64,000 nucleotides of DNA from an uncultured Alphaproteobacteria bacterium. Lineage in GTDB: Bacteria; Pseudomonadota; Alphaproteobacteria; Rhizobiales; Ancalomicrobiaceae. The position numbers and the translations under genes were made by a program. Shown here piece after piece: positions 51,400 through 64,000 of the stretch. The stretch covers positions 7,621 to 71,620 of the forward strand of contig CALBKH010000096.1 of assembly GCA_937892955.1 (NCBI GenBank). Reading direction: 5' to 3'. Within the stretch, counting starts at the first letter, position 1. Every line of letters begins with the position of its first letter. The notes under the pieces were generated by a model. It did no database searches and was not told the origin of the DNA. It saw only the letters and a list, made by a program, of their open reading frames with translations.

Positions 51400-52455
51400 A
51401 TGAGCGAGCGGGACGATTTCAAGCGCACCATCGTCTACGGCGAGAATGCCGTCGGACACCTGCGCAAGAACGAGATCCCGGCCTACCCACGCAACTACGA
51501 GCTCTGGTACACCTATGCTGCCGGCTTCAACCACGCGCTGAACAAGTCGATCAACGACATCATCCGTCAGCGCGGCAAGATCACGCCGGTCGAGGTCAAC
51601 CGCATCTACGACCAGTTCATCGCCCCCACTCGTATCGGTGAGCGCATCGACGAGGTCGGCGGGCGCCTCTCCGAAGAGATCAAGGGCGTCGCCGGCATGT
51701 TGGCGACCCAGATGGAATCGACCTCGAGCTACTCCTCCTCGCTCGGCGAAGCGCGCACCGCGCTGGCCGGCGCCAAGGACACCGGTTCGGTCGAGACCAT
51801 CGTCCAGGGCCTCATCGACGTCACCCACCGGACCGAGCGCACCAACCGCGAGCTCGAGGGCCAACTCGCCGAGTCGCGCCGCCAGATCGCCGAGTTGCAG
51901 GAGAGCCTGGAGGCGATCCGTTACGAGAGTCTGGTCGACGACCTGACGACGCTGGCCAACCGCAAACACTTCGAGCAATCGCTCGACCGCCTCATGGCCG
52001 AAGCGCAGCAGACCAACGTGCCGTTCTCGCTGCTGTTCACCGACATCGACCATTTCAAGAAGTTCAACGACACCTTCGGTCATCAGACCGGCGACCAGGT
52101 GCTGCGCCTCGTGGCGCTGGCGCTGAAGCAGAACATCAAGGGCCAGGACATCGCCTGCCGCTTCGGCGGCGAGGAGTTCGCCGTCCTGCTGCCGCGCACC
52201 GACATCGCCCAGTCGGTGGTCGTCGCCGAACACATCCGCGAGGCGGTGTTCTCCAAGGAACTGGTCAAGCGCTCGACCGGCGAGAACCTCGGCCGCATCA
52301 CCATCTCGATCGGCGTCGCCGAATGGCGTCGCGGCGACACCGCCCAGTCGATCGTCGAGCGCGCCGACGTCTGCCTCTATGCCGCCAAGCGCGGCGGCCG
52401 CAACATGGTGATCAGCGAGAAGGACGACGGCGCCTTCGATCACAAGGTGGCGTGA
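51400..52455 (+). CDS. diguanylate cyclase (coiled-coil N-terminal region + GGDEF domain, GGEEF active site)
   Basis: DDLTTLANRKHFEQ...LFTDIDHFKKFNDTFGHQTGDQVLR...CRFGGEEFAVLLP...SIGVAEW...ADVCLYAAKRGGRN. Start chosen at ATG 51400, with GAGGGA 8-9 nt upstream. The track ORF begins at 51325. Confidence 0.85.
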   Translation: MSERDDFKRTIVYGENAVGHLRKNEIPAYPRNYELWYTYAAGFNHALNKSINDIIRQRGKITPVEVNRIYDQFIAPTRIGERIDEVGGRLSEEIKGVAGMLATQMESTSSYSSSLGEARTALAGAKDTGSVETIVQGLIDVTHRTERTNRELEGQLAESRRQIAELQESLEAIRYESLVDDLTTLANRKHFEQSLDRLMAEAQQTNVPFSLLFTDIDHFKKFNDTFGHQTGDQVLRLVALALKQNIKGQDIACRFGGEEFAVLLPRTDIAQSVVVAEHIREAVFSKELVKRSTGENLGRITISIGVAEWRRGDTAQSIVERADVCLYAAKRGGRNMVISEKDDGAFDHKVA

Positions 52456-52476
52456 CCCGTCGATCCTCGGAACGGA

Positions 52477-52510
52477 GATGGGCTCGGAACCGGCCGGTTC
52501 CGAGCCCATC
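52477..52510. terminator. perfect 17-bp-arm palindrome, likely a bidirectional terminator between convergent genes
   Basis: GATGGGCTCGGAACCGG|CCGGTTCCGAGCCCATC read directly. It is followed by GTCTTTCG on the plus strand and sits between the cyclase stop (52455) and the cyclophilin stop (52568). Confidence 0.6.
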
Positions 52511-52567
52511 GTCTTTCGTGATCGCGCGCGAACTCGACCCGCGTCGCACCGCGATCGGTTCGCCGCG

Positions 52568-53131
52568 TCACTTGACGTCGGCGGCGACCTGCAGCTTGAG
52601 GATCTTGTCGGGATCGACGACCGTGCCGTTGGTCGCCTTGTCGCCCTTCTTGATCATGTCGACGAACTCCATGCCGGACACGACCTCGCCGAAGGCGGTG
52701 TACTTGCCGTTCAGGAACGAGCCGTTGGTGAACATGATGAAGAACTGCGAGTTGGCGGAATCGGGGCTCTGAGACCGCGCCATGCCGAGGGTGCCGCGCT
52801 CGAACGGCATCGGATTGAACTCCGCCGGCAGGTTCGGCAGGTCCGAGCCGCCGGTGCCGTTGCCGCGCGGATCGCCGGTCTGGGCCATGAAGCCGTCGAT
52901 CACCCGATGGAACTTGAGCCCGTCGTAGAAGCCCTTGCGCGCCAGCGTCTTCAGCCGCTCGACGTGCTTGGGCGCGATGTCGGGACGCAGGCGGATCACC
53001 ACCTTGCCGTCCTTCAAGGTCAGGATCAGCGTGTTCTCCGGATCGTTGGCGGCGGGACCCGCGGCGAAGGCCGCCCCGGCGGCGAGGAAAGTGGCGCCGG
53101 CGATGGCGGAGAGGAGCGTTCTGCGCAGCAA
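52568..53131 (-). CDS. ppiA: periplasmic cyclophilin-type peptidyl-prolyl cis-trans isomerase
   Basis: Signal peptide MLRRTLLSAIAGATFLAAGAAFA, then FHRVIDGFMAQTGDP...GTLGMARSQSPDSANSQFFIMF...GKYTAFGEVVSGMEFVD. Confidence 0.9.
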   Translation of the reverse strand: MLRRTLLSAIAGATFLAAGAAFAAGPAANDPENTLILTLKDGKVVIRLRPDIAPKHVERLKTLARKGFYDGLKFHRVIDGFMAQTGDPRGNGTGGSDLPNLPAEFNPMPFERGTLGMARSQSPDSANSQFFIMFTNGSFLNGKYTAFGEVVSGMEFVDMIKKGDKATNGTVVDPDKILKLQVAADVK

Positions 53132-53191
53132 GGGATCGGTCTCCCGTGGTTGTCGAGGCGTCGCCTCGGGTGAAATCGGACGATCCGGCGA

Positions 53192-53692
53192 TCAGCCGCG
53201 ATCGGCGAAGCGAGCCTTCAGGCGGGCTGCGACCTTCTCCGGCACGAAGCTCGAGACGTCGCCGCCCATTGCCGCGATCTGCCGGACCAGCGTGGCGGTG
53301 ATGTGGCGCACCCCCGGCGACGCCGGGAAGAACAGGGTGCGCACCGTCGGCGCCATCGCGCCGTTCATGCCGGCCATCTGCATCTCGTAATCGAGATCGG
53401 TGCCGTCGCGCAGGCCCCGCACGATCGCTGCCGCCCCGGCGCGGCGCGCCGCTTCGACCACCAGATCGGAGAAGGCGACGACCTCGACCCGCGACTGGTC
53501 GACGCCGAGGTCGGTCACGACCTCGCGGATCATCGCCACGCGCTCGTCGAAGTCGAACAGCGGCTTCTTCGCCGGATGGACGCCGATGGCGACGACGACG
53601 CGATCGGCGATGTCGAGCGACTGGGCGAGGACGTCGACATGGCCGTTGGTGACCGGGTCGAAAGAGCCCGAATAGAGCACCGTGCGCGTCAT
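53192..53692 (-). CDS. coaD: phosphopantetheine adenylyltransferase
   Basis: Track ORF trimmed to ATG 53692 ([22 protein letters not shown]...[21 protein letters not shown]...[11 protein letters not shown]), the canonical CoaD motifs. Confidence 0.9.
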   Translation of the reverse strand: MTRTVLYSGSFDPVTNGHVDVLAQSLDIADRVVVAIGVHPAKKPLFDFDERVAMIREVVTDLGVDQSRVEVVAFSDLVVEAARRAGAAAIVRGLRDGTDLDYEMQMAGMNGAMAPTVRTLFFPASPGVRHITATLVRQIAAMGGDVSSFVPEKVAARLKARFADRG

Positions 53693-54258
53693 CGCTCCCC
53701 CATCCGAACGCCGTTCTCGAATCGCTCGTCGGCGCAGGTGACGCGCCTCCGTCGCGTTCCGCATTAGCGCTCCGCGCCGGCTGCCGCAAGCCGCCCCACC
53801 CGACCGCGAACCTCGAACGCCTCGCCACGGCGAATTGTTGCGTCTCGCCGTCGCGACGAAACATCGACGTAACCCGATTTCGCCGCCACGAAAAACCGGC
53901 GACATGCCCCAAGGGTAGGTTGCACACGGTTCGAACGGGACACGGCGTCGATCGACCGCCATCGATCGGTGTCGTGGGGAGTTCCGGATCTCTCCCGATC
54001 CGGGACTCCCTCTCGCTCGGACTTTCCTCTCGATGCGGCCTCCGGTTCGCATCCGGCGTCGACGCTCCGTCTCCCGAGCGTCGACGCCCTCCGTTTCTTC
54101 GCGGGCCGTCGTTCCCCCCGGACGTCCGCAGACCGGTCAGCGGCCCGCCATCCGGCCGCCACCTCGAGAGGGCGAGCCTTCACCGGCCGCCCTCTCCCTT
54201 TTTCAGGCGACCCGCGCCGCCTCCCCCGATCGGCCGCGGCCTCGTCCCGACGAAACGC

Positions 54259-54289
54259 GAAACGCCGACGCGATGGGCGCCGGCGTTTC
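54259..54289 (-). terminator. candidate intrinsic terminator of gyrA
   Basis: GAAACGCCG ... CGGCGTTTC, 9-bp arms with a 13-nt loop, 33 nt downstream of the gyrA stop. On the transcribed strand the stem is followed by GCGTTTCGTC. Confidence 0.45.
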
Positions 54290-54321
54290 CGTGTTCTACG
54301 TGATCGTGGGCGAAGACGGCC

Positions 54322-57036
<2,715 letters not shown>

Positions 57037-57292
57037 ATGCGGTCTCTCTTTCGCGGATTCGGGCGCCCTCGGGCGATCCGTCTCAATAGACGATTCCGCC
57101 CGCGAAAGCCAATCGCGATGCCCTCGCCACGGCGATCAGCGGGTAGATTTTCCGAGGTTTTTCGCGCTGTCGGGCGGTTCGCGCCCGGATCGCGCCGCCT
57201 CGTTCCGCGCCGTTCCCCACACCCGCATCGCAGCGCACTGGCATTCCGGCGCGGGAGCGGGCACTGTGGGCGGCGGACACCGCGGGTGAGCC

Positions 57293-57916
57293 ATGCTCGA
57301 CTATCTTCTGGAAGCCTTCGTCACGCTCTTCGTCACCGTCGACCCGCTCGGGCTGGCGCCGCTGTTCATCGGCCTGACCGCCGGGTTGAGCGCCGCCGAC
57401 AGGCGCCGGATCGCGGTGCGCGCCACCTCGATCGCCGCGGTGATCCTGCTGTTCTTCGCCTTCGCCGGCGGCAAGCTTCTGTCGCTGATGGGGATCTCGC
57501 TCGCCGCCTTCCGCATCGCCGGCGGCCTGCTGCTGTTCTCCACCGCCTTCCAGATGGTGTTCTCGCAGAAGGAGCCGCGCGACAAGTCGGACGCCGATCG
57601 CGCCGTCGGCGTCGATCACGTCCGCGACATCGCCGCCTTCCCGCTGGCGATCCCGCTGCTCGCCGGCCCCGGCGCCATCTCCGCCACCATCCTCGCCGCC
57701 ACCAAGGCGCCGACCTGGATGCATCTCGCCGGCTTCCTCGGCCTCGTCGCCGCGGTGCTGGCGATCAGCCTGATGGTCTTCCTGCTGGCCGATCCGATCG
57801 ACCGGCGCATCGGCGAAACCGGGCGCGTCGTCATCGGCCGCCTGCTCGGCCTGCTCCTCGCCGCCCTCGCCGTCCAGTTCGTCGCCGACGGCGTCAAGGC
57901 GATCATGACCACGTGA
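57293..57916 (+). CDS. MarC-family (UPF0056) integral membrane protein
   Basis: 207-aa, 6-TM ORF MLDYLLEAFVTLFVTVDPLGLAPLFIGLT...IAAFPLAIPLLAGPGAISATIL, the family N-terminal motif. Confidence 0.8.
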   Translation: MLDYLLEAFVTLFVTVDPLGLAPLFIGLTAGLSAADRRRIAVRATSIAAVILLFFAFAGGKLLSLMGISLAAFRIAGGLLLFSTAFQMVFSQKEPRDKSDADRAVGVDHVRDIAAFPLAIPLLAGPGAISATILAATKAPTWMHLAGFLGLVAAVLAISLMVFLLADPIDRRIGETGRVVIGRLLGLLLAALAVQFVADGVKAIMTT

Positions 57917-58070
57917 CACGCGGTACGAACGCCGGCCTCCCGCCCGCCGCGCACGGCGCCGCGGCACCGAGAGGCGCGACGGCCGATGCGGCTCTCACGT
58001 CTCGCGGTTTGCCGATCCCTGCGGCCCCGAACGTCTCGAGCCGCCTCTCGTCCGACCGCTCCGTCCCCCC

Positions 58071-58640
58071 TCAGAACGGGATCTCGTCGTCCATGTCGGC
58101 GGACGGCGGCGGATTGTTGAAACCGCCGGAGCGCTGCCCGCCCCCGCCGCCGCCCGAGCGCGCCTGCGACCCGCCGCCACCACCGTAGCCGCCGCGACCG
58201 CCGCCGCCGCCCCGGCCGTAGCCGCCACCGAAGTCGTCGCCGCCACCACCGAAGTCGTCGCCACCACCGGCGCCGCCGCGGCCGCCGCCGGGGCTGTCGA
58301 GCATGGTCAGCGTCGAGTTGAAGCCCTGCAGCACCACCTCGGTCGAATAGCGCTTCTGGCCCTGCTGGTCCTCCCACTCGCGGGTCTGCAGCGCGCCCTC
58401 GATGTAGACCTTCATGCCCTTCTTCAGATACTGCTCGCAGACCTTGGCGAGACCCTCGTTGAAGATCACCACCCGGTGCCACTCGGTCTTCTCGCGCCGT
58501 TCGCCGGAGTTGCGGTCGCGCCAGCTCTCGGAGGTGGCGATGCGCAGGTTGACGATCGGCCGGCCGTCCTGGGTCCGGCGGATCTCCGGATCGGCGCCGA
58601 GATTGCCGACGAGAATGACCTTGTTCACGCTGCCCGACAT
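58071..58640 (-). CDS. ssb: single-stranded DNA-binding protein
   Basis: Track ORF trimmed to ATG 58640 ([43 protein letters not shown]...TEWHRVVIF...). It has a Gly-rich linker and the acidic tip DMDDEIPF. Confidence 0.95.
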   Translation of the reverse strand: MSGSVNKVILVGNLGADPEIRRTQDGRPIVNLRIATSESWRDRNSGERREKTEWHRVVIFNEGLAKVCEQYLKKGMKVYIEGALQTREWEDQQGQKRYSTEVVLQGFNSTLTMLDSPGGGRGGAGGGDDFGGGGDDFGGGYGRGGGGGRGGYGGGGGSQARSGGGGGGQRSGGFNNPPPSADMDDEIPF

Positions 58641-58943
58641 GTCGTCCTCCCGACCGCGCCCACCGGCGGGTCCGTCATCCGGCCACCCCACCCGGCGGCC
58701 GCCTTCCTGTCTCCCGACGCCCCTACCCCTCGTGGCCGAGAGGCACGGAATCGCCGATCTTCCCACAAGCTCTAGACCCTCCCTCCGTCGGCGGCGACGC
58801 GACCGGCGGTCCGAAACGCCGCCGCGAGACGTTCTCCACAGGCTTGTCCACAGCCCCGGCCCGCAACGCTTCCCCGCGCCCACCGCGAAGCTCCTCGAGC
58901 TAACATGCCGCCGGCGCGAAGGCGGCCGGGACCGCTTGCCTTT

Positions 58944-58958
58944 GTTCCTCTTATGTTC
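58944..58958. promoter_or_regulatory. alphaproteobacterial-type LexA (SOS) box GTTC-N7-GTTC in the ssb/uvrA divergent region
   Basis: GTTCCTCTTATGTTC read directly, 111 nt upstream of the uvrA ATG. It sits in the 17-nt spacer between a TTGCCT (58936-58941) and a TATTCG (58959-58964) hexamer pair. Confidence 0.6.
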
Positions 58959-59068
58959 TATTCGATGAACCACGACGGCGCAAGCCCGGATTCGGGAGCC
59001 CGGCGCGGAACGACGCGAGGCCGAAGCGCACCAGCGCGGCGACCGATCGCGAGGATCGCGGAGACGAA

Positions 59069-62017
<2,949 letters not shown>

Positions 62018-62380
62018 TGTCGGCGCCGGGCGACGCCACGCCAGGACCGGCCTCCACGGATCGGTGCCGGCCATGCGTCCGGAGAAGTCTCGTGATCACA
62101 GACCGCTTCTTTTTGCATGCTCGACATGCGGTCGAGCTGCTGTGTAGGACAGCGAACTTGTCCTATCTGGAGACATGGAACGGTTCGAACGTTTCGCTGG
62201 CCGCGTGATCCCTCCCGACGCGACCGGATCTTGAAACGGACCCGTCGATCGGACCGGGGATACCCTCCCCGATCGGCCGTTCGCCCATCCGCTCTGCGGA
62301 TGGCGGCTCGGAGCGCGTATCTCCTCCCCCGCGCCCGAGCGACCCGGACGAGCCTCCTCCCGGTTCGTCCCGGTTTTTCG

Positions 62381-62413
62381 AACGCCCGCCGGCTCCTCCC
62401 GCCGGCGGGCGTT
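62381..62413 (+). terminator. strong GC hairpin with flanking T-runs, about 360 nt downstream of uvrA
   Basis: AACGCCCGCCGGC tcctccc GCCGGCGGGCGTT, a 13-bp perfect stem followed by TCGATTC and preceded by GGTTTTTCG. Confidence 0.45.
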
Positions 62414-62508
62414 TCGATTCACACCAGAGGCGGGAGGTCCCGGACCGAGACCGAATGGCGGCCCGTCGACGGAGCGCCGTAGCGGCGTCGCGCGCTTTCC
62501 GCCCGGGT

Positions 62509-63225
62509 TCAGTCGGTCGGATCGACGTAGGCGAGCGAGAACCACTTCTCCAGCGGCATGATGTCGATGCGATCGCCGCTGTCGCGCATCCAGCTGTCGG
62601 CGACCCAGTCGATGTCGGTGGTCTTGTCGGTCATCACCGCCGTGGCGTGGGCATAGAGGAAGGCGCCGCGTGATTCCGGCCGCCGGACGCGGTGATGCCG
62701 CAGAAGTCCGTTCCCCTCGAGCCAGGTGAGCAGCGTCGTGGTGTTGGTCGCCTCGTCGATGCAGTCGGTCTGCCCCGGCTTGTGGGCGTCCTTCAATTCG
62801 GAGCCGCGATGGTCGGGCGGCGCGCCGATGACGCTGTCCGCCTTCTTCTCCCACCACTGATCGGCGAGATTGATCGCCACGCGCTCGTCCGCCGGCGACG
62901 CCTTGTGCCCGTCGAAGATCTTCTTCAGATGGGCGATGTCCGCCTCACCGAACGGAATGGTCGTCTTGAACTCGCAGCCGAAGCCGTGACAGTAGGGCAG
63001 ATGGTCGCTCGCCGGCAGGGCGATGCCGCGCTCCCGCGCCCAACTCTTGGCCTCGTCCGAAATGCCGCTGCGCACATCGTCCCGACCGCCCCCGCGCACC
63101 GAGCCGGTCGCGATCGGATCGACCTCGGAGGTCAGCGCCACCTTGGGCTTCTCCTCCTTGCCGTCGGACTTACACCCGGCGAGCCCGAAGCCGGCCACCA
63201 GGATCGCCAGGAATGCCGCGCGCAT
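62509..63225 (-). CDS. lipoprotein of unknown function with a possible Cys-His-Asp (transglutaminase/papain-like) arrangement
   Basis: Start placed at the ATG giving MRAAFLAILVAGFGLAGC (lipobox LAGC). The C-terminal half contains GQTDCIDEATNTTTLL, YAHATAVM and WVADSW. Confidence 0.65.
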   Translation of the reverse strand: MRAAFLAILVAGFGLAGCKSDGKEEKPKVALTSEVDPIATGSVRGGGRDDVRSGISDEAKSWARERGIALPASDHLPYCHGFGCEFKTTIPFGEADIAHLKKIFDGHKASPADERVAINLADQWWEKKADSVIGAPPDHRGSELKDAHKPGQTDCIDEATNTTTLLTWLEGNGLLRHHRVRRPESRGAFLYAHATAVMTDKTTDIDWVADSWMRDSGDRIDIMPLEKWFSLAYVDPTD

Positions 63226-63469
63226 GGATACCTCTCGGACTGGAGCGAATCGGTCGATCACGGCTTCCCATTAAATAGCTTCTCCACAGTCGTTCCACAG
63301 GCAATATCTGCCCAGTGGCGGCGGAAAACCGCCGCGGTTCGCGCCTCGCCCGTGGGGCGGCGAGACGGCCGCACGGACCGATCCGCGCCGCCGTCCACGG
63401 CCGCGGTCGGCGCGGGCGGACGCGAAAATCCGCTTCGCTCCCGCGCCCGCGGATGCTAACCGGAGCGGC

Positions 63470-64000
63470 ATGATCGACACCTCCAAGTCCCCCTCGCCCG
63501 TCCACGTCGTCGGCGGCGGCCTCGCCGGCTCGGAAGCCGCCTGGGCGCTCGCCGGCCGCGGCGTCCCCGTCGTCCTCCACGAGATGCGCCCGGTGCGTGG
63601 CACCGAAGCGCACCGGACCGATCGGCTGGGCGAACTCGTCTGCTCCAACTCGCTGCGCTCCGACGACGCCGAGACCAACGCGGTCGGCGTCCTCCATGCC
63701 GAGTTGCGAGCCTGCGGCTCGATCGTCATGGCCGCCGCCGACGCCCATCAGGTGCCGGCCGGCGGCGCGCTCGCCGTCGATCGCGAGGCCTTCGCCGCCG
63801 CGATCACCGAGGCGCTCGAGCGCCATCCGCTGATCGAGATCCGCCGCGAGGAGATCGCCGGCCTGCCCGACGCCGCCTGGGACAGCGTCGTCGTCGCCAC
63901 CGGCCCCCTCACCTCGCCGGCGCTCGCCGCGGCCGTCGCCGCCCTCACCGGCGAGAAGGAGCTGGCCTTCTTCGACGCCATCGCCCCGATCGTCCATTTC
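63470..64000 (+). CDS. trmFO: methylenetetrahydrofolate--tRNA-(uracil-5-)-methyltransferase TrmFO (N-terminal part; continues beyond window end)
   Basis: Absent from the track because there is no stop in the window. My translation from ATG 63470 reads [66 protein letters not shown]...[11 protein letters not shown]...[13 protein letters not shown]...[12 protein letters not shown]...[13 protein letters not shown]. Confidence 0.85.
   Translation, partial: MIDTSKSPSPVHVVGGGLAGSEAAWALAGRGVPVVLHEMRPVRGTEAHRTDRLGELVCSNSLRSDDAETNAVGVLHAELRACGSIVMAAADAHQVPAGGALAVDREAFAAAITEALERHPLIEIRREEIAGLPDAAWDSVVVATGPLTSPALAAAVAALTGEKELAFFDAIAPIVHF

Noticed and set aside
53764-54183. 139-aa minus-strand ORF (and overlapping plus-strand ORFs) in the gyrA-coaD spacer
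   Set aside because: Composition is Arg/Ser/Ala-rich, with no Shine-Dalgarno and no recognisable domain. I treat the region as non-coding.
58071-58330. Repetitive Gly-rich segment in SSB ([33 protein letters not shown])
   Set aside because: This is the typical intrinsically disordered linker of bacterial SSB, preceding the conserved acidic tip (DDEIPF). It is not an independent repeat element.
62117-62482. 121-aa ORF downstream of uvrA, and a 10-codon micro-ORF at 62175..62207
   Set aside because: The first half has poor third-position GC (many NNA/NNT codons, atypical for this genome). The product is Arg-rich, and the ORF reads straight through the terminator hairpin. The micro-ORF has its GGAG only 2 nt from the ATG.

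Overview
High-GC (about 70%) chromosomal window from an alphaproteobacterium, Hyphomicrobiales/Rhizobiales-like by gene content. I could not run any searches, so every call rests on reading the translated ORFs and the DNA by eye. Bases 1-14449 hold a complete complex I operon on the minus strand (nuoA to nuoN, with nuoN running off the window). It contains two extra small membrane ORFs and an unusual His-rich loop in NuoL. A tRNA-Asp(GTC) follows. Next comes the most interesting block, about 15.4-24.7 kb: a bacterial AorABC-type tungsten aldehyde oxidoreductase with its own maturation and regulation set. That set comprises a degenerate MoeA paralogue translationally coupled to a MoeA-PBP fusion, two MoaD-like beta-grasp proteins (one lacking the terminal Gly-Gly), a ModE N-terminal-only regulator and a small ORF ending in GGG. 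Bases 24.7-32.6 kb hold a seven-gene minus-strand operon: a dehydroshikimate-dehydratase/HPPD-like fusion, a LivKHMGF-type ABC transporter and a Gfo/Idh/MocA oxidoreductase. The remainder is mostly housekeeping or ordinary accessory genes: NarL-type regulator, FosX-like VOC enzyme, RluA-family synthase, glpD, DUF1330, YafJ-like amidotransferase, GT4 glycosyltransferase, class-III aminotransferase, MCP, opgGH, dprA, hydrolase, rhlE-like helicase, GGDEF cyclase, cyclophilin, coaD, gyrA, marC-family protein, ssb, uvrA, a lipoprotein and partial trmFO. I saw no CRISPR array, transposase, integrase or recognisable defence system. Many long ORFs in the supplied track are antisense artefacts of the high GC content. 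Several true genes start well inside the listed ORFs, so gene starts are my inference.
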